Below, in pieces: positions 1 to 9,507 of a DNA stretch of 64,000 bases. This DNA is from an uncultured delta proteobacterium (GTDB taxonomy: Bacteria; Desulfobacterota; Binatia; Binatales; Binataceae). The DNA is taken from assembly GCA_963808235.1 (NCBI GenBank), contig CAWEEQ010000001.1, positions 128,001 to 192,000 of the forward strand. The letters are read 5' to 3'. Positions within the stretch are counted from its first letter, which is position 1. Every line of letters starts with the position of its first letter. A model generated the notes under the pieces. It saw nothing but the letters and a program-made list of their open reading frames with translations, was not told the origin of the DNA and did not search any database. A program made the translations under genes and the position numbers.

Positions 1-890
1 CTGTCCTCAGCTTTTCCCTTGTCAACGCACAGATCGAAAGCGAAATTAGGCCCTCCGCTGTAAGTCGCGCGATAGCTGGTCAGCATCTCGAGCCAGCGCA
101 TCGGTCGCTGCAAGAACGCGATCGGCGACATCACCACCAAAGGTCTCTGCCGCACGTAGACCGGCAGCAGAACGCCCTGCACGAGACCCATGTCGTGGTA
201 GGTAGGCGACCACATCAATCCACGCTGCGATTCCGCGACCGATTGTGGATCGCTGCGGCAAATCATCGCCAGATACTCGACGATGTTCGAATGAGACAGC
301 ATCACTCCCTTGGGCGTACCGGTGGATCCCGAGGTGTATTGCAGGACGGCAGGCTGATTAGCGGAGAAATTGGGGCGCTTCCATTGCGCGGCGTCCGTGG
401 CCGAGGATGCGTCAGTCGTGATCCAGGGCATCCCTTGCAGCTCGGGCGCGTGTTTGAGAATCGACGGTCGAAGCGCCGTCATCTGCGTCTCGCTGAGGAT
501 CAGCTTCGCGTCAGCGTCTTCGATCATCGAACGCAGGCGGGGGACCGAACGTTCGAGGCGGAACGGATCAGGTGGATATGCGGGAATCGCGATCAGACCC
601 GCGTACAGACAGGCGAAGAAGCCGACCATAAAGTCCAGCCCGGGCGGGTAAATGAGCAGCGCCGCATCGCCCGCGTTTGAGTGTTGCTGAATGACAGCGG
701 CAGCGGACCGAGCCCTGGTGTCGAGTTCCGCGAAGGTCAGCGTTCGTTCGGCCGGCGCGCCGTTCGCGGCGAAATCAAGAAATACGCAAGGGATACTCGA
801 CGGTTCGGTAGAGGCGTGGATGTGCAGCACGTCGACTATATTGGTTTCAAACTGCCAGCAATATTCATCCGCATCGTTGTAAGTATTCAC
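1..890 (-). CDS. Fatty acyl-AMP ligase (FAAL), 5' part; runs off the left edge
   Basis: Not in the ORF track (no stop in window). My translation from GTG at 890 (GGAG RBS upstream): LIYPPGLDFMVGFFACLYAGLIAIPAYPP, LQYTSGSTGTPKG (AMP-binding loop), WSPTYHDMGL, GGPNFAFDLC, all FAAL-type motifs. Confidence 0.9.
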   Translation of the reverse strand, partial: MNTYNDADEYCWQFETNIVDVLHIHASTEPSSIPCVFLDFAANGAPAERTLTFAELDTRARSAAAVIQQHSNAGDAALLIYPPGLDFMVGFFACLYAGLIAIPAYPPDPFRLERSVPRLRSMIEDADAKLILSETQMTALRPSILKHAPELQGMPWITTDASSATDAAQWKRPNFSANQPAVLQYTSGSTGTPKGVMLSHSNIVEYLAMICRSDPQSVAESQRGLMWSPTYHDMGLVQGVLLPVYVRQRPLVVMSPIAFLQRPMRWLEMLTSYRATYSGGPNFAFDLCVDKGKAED

Positions 891-1167
891 TAAGGTGCTC
901 CCTTGTTTTCGGTCGCCACGCAATGGCGTTAGTTCGCTGGCTAACTGCAATGATGGTGCCGAGGGTTCCAAGGGTCGCTTTCGCGCCTCGCCTCTGATCT
1001 CGCGGATGTTTCAGGGGGCGAGGCAAGTTCGGCAACATAACTGGCACCTATGATGACGAATGCTCGCCAGACTTGGCGGATTCTTGCACCTGTTGGCCAT
1101 TGCTCCCGCAGACCGCCATCGCGAAAAAATATCGGCTCACGATGCAATAGCCTCGCTTCGGTGCCGA

Positions 1168-1183
1168 TGGCACGCCGCATGCG
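1168..1183 (+). promoter_or_regulatory. Possible sigma54 (-24/-12) promoter of the rightward cluster genes
   Basis: TGGCACGCCGCATGCG: GG-N10-GC spacing with a perfect TGGCACG, in the divergent intergenic region. Confidence 0.35.
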
Positions 1184-1428
1184 TAGACGAACCGAATATC
1201 ATGGACCCCCGATACGCAAAGTGCGATTCAGCAGGATGCGGCAACCGCGTTGCTGTTTTGCTGTTATCGCTGTCGACGCGAGTCACCAAAGCTATGTGCC
1301 TGGCCTGCTATATCCGGGAGAAGGGCTGGAGAACCATCGGCCTGTTAAAAGAGGCCGGAGGCTCGACGCCCTCGCTCAGTGCTAGTCGCGGATGAGACGC
1401 GCCCGCGCTGTCTGCGAGAGGAGATTCT

Positions 1429-2283
1429 ATGTCGATCGATTTGGAATCCGCGCTTGGTGCTGAGCTCCCTGAGACCTGGAGCGAGTGGGAACCAGATGAT
1501 GTGATTCTCTATCATCTCGGCCTGGGAGCCGGAGTTCCACCGAGCTCGGCGCGCGAACTCTCCTATACATATGAGGCGAATCTGAAGGTTCTGCCGAGTT
1601 TCGCGACCATACCTTTGCATTCCATTCTGGCAGGGCTGCTGGACGCGCCCGGTTTGAAGATCGATCTGAGTAAGCTGCTCTCGTTAGGCCATGATCTGCA
1701 GATTGTTGGCGCCGTGCCTGCGTCGGGCAGAGTGCGCCACACGGGCCGGATCGCTGGCATCTATGATGAAGGATGGGCCGCAGTGGTTGTTCTCGAACTC
1801 GAGACAGAGACATCCGCGGGCGATCTAATCTGGCTCGACCACTTTTCCCTGTTGCTGCGTGATGAAGGAGGCTTTAGCGGAATTCGCGCCCCTATCGGCG
1901 ATGAAGCGATCCCAGCCAGGCCACCTGATTGCGTGGTGGAACTTCCAATCCTCCCGCAGCAGGCGCTGCTCTACAGACTCACGGGCGACAAGAATCCGGT
2001 GCACATCGATCCTGACTTTGCCCGGAACGCCGGACTGCCGCGGCCCATCCTGCACGGTTTGTGTTCATACGGGATGGTCTGCAAGGCGGTCGTCGATGAG
2101 TTGCTGGATGGTGACGCTACGCGCGTGGGGAGATATTCGGCGCGATTTGCCGGGATAGTGTTTCCCGGCGAGACCATCGTGACTTCCTTATGGAAGGAAG
2201 ACGATCGGATCGCGATCAAAGCCGAGGTCAAGGAACGCGGAACACCAGTAATGTCGCACGCGTCGATCGTGTTGCGAAACTGA
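1429..2283 (+). CDS. MaoC-family (R)-specific enoyl-CoA hydratase/dehydratase (double hot-dog)
   Basis: Hydratase-2 motif YRLTGDKNPVHID, PILHGLCSYG, ARFAGIVFPGET; GAGGAG RBS. Confidence 0.88.
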   Translation: MSIDLESALGAELPETWSEWEPDDVILYHLGLGAGVPPSSARELSYTYEANLKVLPSFATIPLHSILAGLLDAPGLKIDLSKLLSLGHDLQIVGAVPASGRVRHTGRIAGIYDEGWAAVVVLELETETSAGDLIWLDHFSLLLRDEGGFSGIRAPIGDEAIPARPPDCVVELPILPQQALLYRLTGDKNPVHIDPDFARNAGLPRPILHGLCSYGMVCKAVVDELLDGDATRVGRYSARFAGIVFPGETIVTSLWKEDDRIAIKAEVKERGTPVMSHASIVLRN

Positions 2284-2429
2284 ATTGTCTTCCTGTGGCA
2301 TATGAGATTCGCCACTTATGGCTGCCACAGAGCAACAAAACTACGGAAGTATGGAACTCAATACCGGCACAAAACGTGCTCAGCAGAACGACTGATACGC
2401 AGCTCGAAAAGTGAGGAAGAAGTTGTCCC

Positions 2430-2804
2430 ATGGCTACTGAATTCGATCGCGCTCGCAACGACACATCCAAATTAACCGCCGGCGCGATCGAGACATGGCT
2501 GATCGCCCAGCTGGCCGAACGGCTGGGCATCGACCAAAACGCGATTGAGCCGACTTGTCCACTCGGAGACTATGGGCTCGATTCGGTCGATGCGGTTGGC
2601 CTGGTCGGAGACCTCGAGCGCTATCTCCATCGCCAGCTTTCTCCCACGCTTACCTACGAGCACGCAACCTTGCGCGTCCTTGCGCACCACCTCGCGGAGA
2701 GTGAGTCGCCGGTTCCGACCTTATACGCGCAACGCCGGGCAAGCTTGCAGCGCGCAGCGATTGCAAGCCGGCGTGGTGCGCCGCGCGTGATGCGGATCAG
2801 TTAG
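2430..2804 (+). CDS. Stand-alone acyl carrier protein, likely FAAL partner, with Arg-rich C-terminal tail
   Basis: YGLDSVDAV phosphopantetheine site; LSPTLTYEHAT; tail AQRRASLQRAAIASRR. Confidence 0.88.
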   Translation: MATEFDRARNDTSKLTAGAIETWLIAQLAERLGIDQNAIEPTCPLGDYGLDSVDAVGLVGDLERYLHRQLSPTLTYEHATLRVLAHHLAESESPVPTLYAQRRASLQRAAIASRRGAPRVMRIS

Positions 2805-2861
2805 GTCATCGAGGGACTTGGAGTATTTGCAGTCCATCGTCACTACACAAGGAGCAGTCTC

Positions 2862-3050
2862 ATGGAGCTAACACAACAAACCAAGACGCTATTCATTAGG
2901 CGCGATGAATCGCATCACCGCTGGACAATGCAAACGTCGGCGGGCTGGCTGGATACTCCTTGGAGCGACGATGCCGATGCCGTGTCGGTCGTTATGTGGC
3001 TCAAGGGCCGCGCCAACGAGTGCATCGAAGTAAGACCTATATATAAGTAA
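2862..3050 (+). CDS. Small hypothetical protein (62 aa, Trp-rich)
   Basis: AAGGAG RBS just upstream; fills the gap between ACP and PKS on the same strand. Confidence 0.5.
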   Translation: MELTQQTKTLFIRRDESHHRWTMQTSAGWLDTPWSDDADAVSVVMWLKGRANECIEVRPIYK

Positions 3051-3175
3051 GGCCACTGTAAGAGCGCGAGTCGTCAAGGTTACAGGCGTCCAGCTCCGTG
3101 CTCACTTCGAGACTGTGACCACAAGCGAGTGACGCGTGGATTGTGTGACATGCAATACGAAACCACGGATTTGCA

Positions 3176-6100
3176 ATGAATTCCAATTGTAGCGGCGAAA
3201 TGTCGAACGCAATAGCGATCATAGCGATGCAGTGCCGGGTGCCGGGCGCGTCCGACGTGCATGCATTCTGGCGCAATCTGCAGGCTGGCACCGAATCGAT
3301 TACTTTCTTCTCCGACGACGAACTAAGAGAGGCGGGCGTTCCCAAGATCCTGCTCGACAATCCCCGCTACGTGAAGGCGAAGCCCTGCATAGACGGGCTC
3401 GACCTGTTCGACGCCGAATTCTTCGGCATCAATGCGCGGGAAGCCGCTCTGATGGATCCGCAGCATCGTATTTTTCTCGAGGCCGCCTACCAGGCGCTGG
3501 AAATCGCTGGTTACGACACTCGGCGTTGGCAGGGACTGACCGGCGTTTTCGCCAGTGTCAACATGAGCCGTTATCTGCTGGCCAATCTGAGCGCGAATCC
3601 GAATACGTTTGGACTCGGCGGATTGTTCGAAGCTATCATTACAAACGACAAGGACTACCTGGCGCCACGGCTGGCCTATCATTTGAATCTTCGCGGCCCG
3701 AGCTTGATGGTTCAAACCGCCTGCTCCGGATCGCTCGTCGCGGTCATAGAAGCGTGCAAGAGCCTGGCTAACTTCGAGTGCGACATGGCGCTGGCCGGTG
3801 GCGTTTCGCTACTTTTGCCGCACCGCGCCGGCTATATGCACCAAGAGGGCGGACTGTTTTCACCCGACGGACATGTCAGGCCCTACGATTCAAGGGCCAA
3901 TGGTACGGTGTTTGGGGACGGCCTCGGCGTCGTCGTCCTGAAGCGCCTTGAAGATGCAATCGCGGATCGTGACAGGGTGCTGTCCGTTGTCCGCGGCTGG
4001 GCCATCAACAACGACGGAGCGAGCCGCGCAGGGTTCACCGCTCCAGGTGTGGCCGGACAGTCGGAAGTGATTGCCGCAGCGCAAGCGATGGCTGGCGTCG
4101 AATCGCGCTCTATAGGCCTTGTCGAGGGACATGGCAGCGGGACGCCGCTGGGCGACGCGATCGAAGTACAAGCGCTCACCAAAGTTTTCGGTGGGAACGC
4201 GGTCGAACGGGGCTCCTGCGCTCTGAGGATCAGTGAAGAGCAACCTCGGTCATCTTTATTCCGCGGCCGGAATCGTTGGACTGATCAAGGCGGTTCTCGC
4301 GCTGCAGCACGGAGCGATTCCACCCACGGCCAACTTCTCTGAATCTAATCCGGCCCTGGGACTTGATCAGAGCTCGTTCTACGTAAACAACCAGTTAGTC
4401 CAATGGCATCGGCATGCGACCCCGCGCAGGGCGGGTGTGAGCTCGTTCGGCTTGGGCGGCACCAACGCTCACGTGGTCCTCGAGGAAGCGCCCACACCCG
4501 AGTGCGGTGACGAATCGCCAAGGAGATGGGAACTGGTTCCCATTTCCGCGCGCACAGAAACTGCGCTCGAGACCGCCACCGAGAATCTCGGCCGTCATCT
4601 GGCGGGCGATTCAAATCTCTGTCTTGCGGACGCGGCGTACACGCTGCAAACGGGCCGGCCGGCTTTCCCGCACCGTCGCGTGCTCGTCACAAGAGACGTA
4701 ACGGAGGCTTCCGAGGTTCTGCTGAATCGGGACAAGGCAAGACTATTCGGCGCCGTTCGCAAGAGCGCCGAGCAGCGGGTCGCTTTCATGTTCTCTGGAG
4801 TTGGCGATCAGTATCCGAGCATGGGGAGCGGTCTCTACGAGGACGAGCCGATCTTCCGCGAAGAATTCGATACTTGCTGTGCGCTGCTGAACTCGCACCT
4901 CGGATTCGATCTTCGAGACGCGATATTCGATCGCCACAGCAAACCGGACGATCAAGCAGGAACGACCAAGCTGGACCTGGTAGCGATGCTCAAGCGCGGC
5001 GGCGCGGATCGGAGCGGCGCCGACCGTCGTCTCGATCAACCCCGCTACTCTCAGCCGGCGGCGTTTGCGATTGACTACGCGCTGGCAAAGCTGTGGATGA
5101 GCTGGGGCATTCAGCCGTCCGCGATGATCGGGCACAGCATAGGGGAATACGTAGCTGCCTGCCTGGCAGGAGTGTTCTCGCTGCGCGACGCAGCGATGCT
5201 GGTGGCGCAGAGGGCTTTGTTGATCGATCAGCTTCCGGGCGGAGCGATGCTCGCAATCATGGCGACCGAAGAGGAGCTCGCCGGAGTTCTTCCGCCGGGG
5301 GTGTCTGTCGCGGCGATTAACGCGCCCCGGCTCTGCGTAGTCTCTGGCAGCGCGGCCGCAATCGATCAATTCGAGCGAGGCGCACATGGGTTCATGTGCC
5401 AGCGCGTTCCAGCGTCGCATGCGTATCACTCACGAATGCTCCTGTCCGCGGCCGAGCGTCTGGCCGAGTTAGTCGGCAAAAGTGAGCTCCATCCGCCGCG
5501 CATTCCTTATATTTCGAATCTCACCGGAACCTGGACTAGTGCTGAACAAGCGTCCGACCCTCGATACTGGGCGGATCACACATGCCAAACGGTACGCTTC
5601 AGCGACGGAATAAACCGGCTGCTCGAAGACCGCGATTGCGCATTGATCGAGGTGGGTGCCGGCCAGGCGCTTACCAGCTTCGGGTTGCAAACCGCGGCAA
5701 CACTTGGCGCGGATATGCCGTTGGTAGTGCCGTCTCTGCGCAATGTTTATCAGCGCGAGGCGGACAGCGCATTCATTCTCACCAGCCTGTCGAAACTATG
5801 GCTGGCGGGAATCGAGATTAATTGGGATGCGCTCGGGCGGCGAGGACAGCGGCGCCGGATTTCTCTTCCCGGGTATCCATTCGAGCGCAAACGGCACTGG
5901 GTCGAAGCGGAGCCGCCGCCTGTGCGATCGACGGAACCGGGCGCGGCGTCAGGCACCGAAGCAGTCGCAGAAAAGCGGCCGCTCGAAGAATGGTTCTACA
6001 CGCCGGCGTGGGTGCAGCGCGATCTGCCGATTTGCACGGACCCGGCCGGTGCAAAGCAATGTTGGATGGTGTTCCTCGATCAGTGTGGGATCGGCGAAAA

Positions 6101-7962
6101 GCTGGTGCAGAGGCTCGAAACGCTTGGGCATAGGGTAGTGAGTGTTCGGCCGGGCCAGAAATTCCGGCGCGAGGCGCCTCGCAAGTACTGCATCGATCCT
6201 GACTCTCAGCCGCATTACGACCTGCTCTTGCAACAGCTCGCCAGCCTTCAGCGCTATCCCGGACGTATAGCGCATTGCTGGTCGATCACATCCGGCGATG
6301 CCGTGCCCACTCTAGAGACATTTGCCAGAGCGCAATCGGCCGGCTTCTCGAGCCTGCTCCGCCTGGCGCGCGCTATGGGGGATCAACGGCCGAAAGGACA
6401 CGTGCGCTTGCTGGCGCTATCCAGTGGACTGCACGACATCCTCGGCGAAGAGCTTCAGCAACCGGAAAAGGCGACACTGCTTGGCGCGAGCGGCGTAATA
6501 GCGAAGGAATATGATTTCCTGGACTGTCGAAGCGTGGACCTCGCGCTTTCCCAGAACCCGCAGTCTGCTGACGGGCGGATCATCAATCAAATCATCTCGG
6601 AGGCAGAAACGGACCGCAACGAGACCGTCGTCGCCTATCGTGGACGGCATCGCTGGGTACGCGAATTCTCTCGGATCCCGGTCGAGGCCGTAGCTGATTC
6701 AACTCTGCTGCGCGAACGTGGTGTGTATCTCATCACCGGTGGATTGGGCGGTATCGGCCTCGGAATCGCTGCGCATCTTGCCAGAAAGTACCATGCCCGT
6801 CTTGCACTGGTTGGCAGAACTGGTCTTCCCCGACGCGAAGATTGGCATCGCTGGCTCGCCGAGCATGACCGCACCGATCCGATCAGCCTTAAGATCGAAA
6901 AGGTTCAGGACCTCGAGGGCTCCGGCGCGGAAGTCGAAGTGATCGCCGCCGACGTTCTCTGATCCGAATGCGATGCGGACAGCAATCACCGCGGTGAACG
7001 AGCGATTTGGGGAAATCAACGGTGTTGTGCATGCGGCCGGCGTCGCGGGTGCCGGACTTGTCCAGCTCAAGACCGATGAAGCCGTCGCGGCTGTGACACG
7101 GCCCAAAGCCATCGGCATACTGGTGCTGGAGTCCGTTCTCGCAGCAGCAAAACTGGACTTCATCGCGCTGTTTTCCTCGGAGCTTGCCATCTGTCCGACC
7201 GTCGGCCAGGCCGACTACTGTGCCGCCAACGCTTTTCTCGATGCATATGCGCACTACAAAAGTGCGCGCGGGAGTGTTCCCGTTTTCTCTATCAACTGGA
7301 GCGCATGGCAGTGGGACGCGTGGCAATCCGGCCAACTCGCGACTCTGGGGGATTTGCAACGCCGCATTAGAGAATTCCGAAGCAAGTTTGGCATTTCGTT
7401 CGACGAAGGTGCCGAGGCATTCGAGCGCATCCTGCACGCCGGTCTTCCCCAGGTCGCCGTGGCAACAGTCGAATTGGGTCGAGCAACCAGTATCTCTCCA
7501 GTCATGAAGGCAAGCGCAACTGTGGAAGCGCACACCTCGGTCTTGGTAGCGCCGGTCGCTCGCCGCTCCCAGACGACCGAGTACGCAGGACCTAGAAGTG
7601 AGCTCGAGCGCAGGCTCGCCGAGTTATGGGCCGAAGGGTTGGGACTGGACCGTGTTGGAATCTACGACAACTTCCTTGAGATCGGTGGTCATTCTTTGCT
7701 GGCCGCGCAAATCATTTCTCGGCTACGCGATGTGTTCGCCGCCGAAATCTCTATGAATGCCTTCTTCGAGCATCCGACAGTAGCCGCCATGGCATCGCTG
7801 CTGGAAACAGCCGGCGGCGATTCGTGTGAGCAGACCGCCTCGCGCATCGAGCCGGCCGCTGATGCCGAAGTGGAACGGCAAGCGGTCGAGGAGATCGACG
7901 GCCTTTCGGACCAGGAGTTGAGTCAGCGTCTCGAAAGTATGCTCGGAGGACAAACCGAATGA
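3176..7962 (+). CDS. Type I PKS module KS-AT-KR-ACP, split into three ORFs (3176-4342, 4233-6962, 6973-7962) by two +1 insertions (positions 4226 and about 6957)
   Basis: KS: MDPQHR, NDKD, TACSGS, EGHGSGT, KSNLGH; AT: GHSIGEY, HAYHS; KR: GGLGGIG, GQADYCAAN; ACP: GGHSL. Removing A4226 restores CALGSVKSNLGH; removing C6957 restores AADVSDPNAMR. Confidence 0.9.
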
Positions 7963-9494
7963 CTCAGCACTCGGATACCAGTCTCGCGAACATGTCAGTC
8001 GAGCAGAAAAGGAATCTGCTGTCTCGGTTGATGGCGCGGAAAGCCGCGTGGGAACGGCGTCTGCCTTTGTCGTTCGCCGAAGAGCGGCTCTGGTATTTGG
8101 ATGCGCTGGAGCCCGGTAACCGGGCCTATGTTATGTCGGCCGCGGCCCAGTTTAGCGGCCAGTTCGACGCATCGGCGTTCGCTCGGGCCGTGAACGACAC
8201 GGTGCGGCGGCACGAATCTCTGCGAACATTCTATCTCACAGGGGAAAATGGGCCCGTGCGTGCAATCGCGTCCACGCTCACCGTCGAAGTACCGGTGATT
8301 GACCTGCGCCAGCTGGAACCCGGCGAACAGCAGCGGGCCATACTGTCCCACGCACTTGATGATTCACTACTCGGCTTCAGTCTTTCCGAGTTGCCGCTCT
8401 TCAGAATCCTGCTGCTGCGGCTCGATGAGAATGTGCACGTAAGTCTCGCGGCGATTCATCATATAATCTTCGATCATTGGTCGACGCAGATTTTCCACCG
8501 CGAGGTGATGGCTCGATACGCCGCCCTATGTTCACGCCAGGAGTGCCGGCTCCCCGAACTCCCTATTCAGCTTTCGGACTTCGCTACCTGGCAGAGAAAA
8601 ACGCTGCGAGGCGATGTTCTACAGAGCCATCTGGACTATTGGCGAACCAAGCTCTCCGGAATTCCCAACCTTGATCTCCCCACTGATCACCCACGACCAT
8701 CAATCAAGACCTACGCCGCCGCAAGCTTCAGCCGAAAGCTAACCGCCGGTCTGGCGGAGGACCTTGCCAGACGCAGCAGCCAGCACGGGGTGACGCTTTT
8801 CATGACCTTGCTGGCTTGCTTCAAGATTCTCCTGCACTACTATTCGCGCCAAGACGACATAGTGGTCGGCATCGACGTCGCCGGGCGCACGCGCTCAGAG
8901 GCGGAGCCCCTGATCGGTTTCTTTGTCAATGAGCTCCCGCTTCGCACCGACCTGTCGGGAAATCCGCAGTTCGAGGAAATGTTGGCTCGGGTTCGTCAGA
9001 CCTGCCTCGAAGCGTATTCGCATCAGGATGCGCCCTTTCATCAGATCGTCAAGCTGTTGCCGCGAGCGCGTGACCTGAGCCGCGCCCCGGTTTTTCAAAT
9101 CAAGCTTGCCCTGGCGCGCCCCGCTATTCCGGAAAGCGCCTTGCCGGATCTATCGGTACAGCCGCTGGAGCTCGTGCCACCGGCTACTGAATTGGACCTG
9201 ACGCTCTTCCTGGAAGATACGCGTGAGGGCTTCATCGCGACGATTCAATATAACCGGGATCTCTTCGACCGCAGCACGATAGCTCTGTTGATGTGCAGAC
9301 TTGAGATGGTGCTTGACGCCGTAGCGCGCGGCTCCCACCAGCGGCTCGATAAATTTATCGAACAGCTGAGTCTCACTACGACCAACGCAAAATCTCAGGT
9401 ACGCACTTTTCTTTCGTCCCGGCCGCATGCGATCTCCGGCAGCCGCAAGGCGGTATCGATTAGTGGAGAATCTGCCCTTCACGTCTCAGGTTGA
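7959..9494 (+). CDS. Stand-alone NRPS condensation domain with N-terminal docking helix
   Basis: LSFAEERLW, RHESLRT, HHIIFDHWS, LDLPTDHPRP, IGFFVNELPLR; ATGA overlap with the PKS stop. Confidence 0.9.
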   Translation: MTQHSDTSLANMSVEQKRNLLSRLMARKAAWERRLPLSFAEERLWYLDALEPGNRAYVMSAAAQFSGQFDASAFARAVNDTVRRHESLRTFYLTGENGPVRAIASTLTVEVPVIDLRQLEPGEQQRAILSHALDDSLLGFSLSELPLFRILLLRLDENVHVSLAAIHHIIFDHWSTQIFHREVMARYAALCSRQECRLPELPIQLSDFATWQRKTLRGDVLQSHLDYWRTKLSGIPNLDLPTDHPRPSIKTYAAASFSRKLTAGLAEDLARRSSQHGVTLFMTLLACFKILLHYYSRQDDIVVGIDVAGRTRSEAEPLIGFFVNELPLRTDLSGNPQFEEMLARVRQTCLEAYSHQDAPFHQIVKLLPRARDLSRAPVFQIKLALARPAIPESALPDLSVQPLELVPPATELDLTLFLEDTREGFIATIQYNRDLFDRSTIALLMCRLEMVLDAVARGSHQRLDKFIEQLSLTTTNAKSQVRTFLSSRPHAISGSRKAVSISGESALHVSG

Positions 9495-9507
9495 CAGGAC
9501 GTTGATC

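Noticed and set aside
195-893. Plus-strand ORFs over the first 900 bp, and many similar antisense ORFs elsewhere
   Set aside because: Shadow ORFs opposite well-supported genes (here the FAAL), typical of GC-rich DNA
1072-1088. TTGGCGGATTCTTGCA as a sigma54 promoter
   Set aside because: GG-GC spacing is 9 nt, not the required 10
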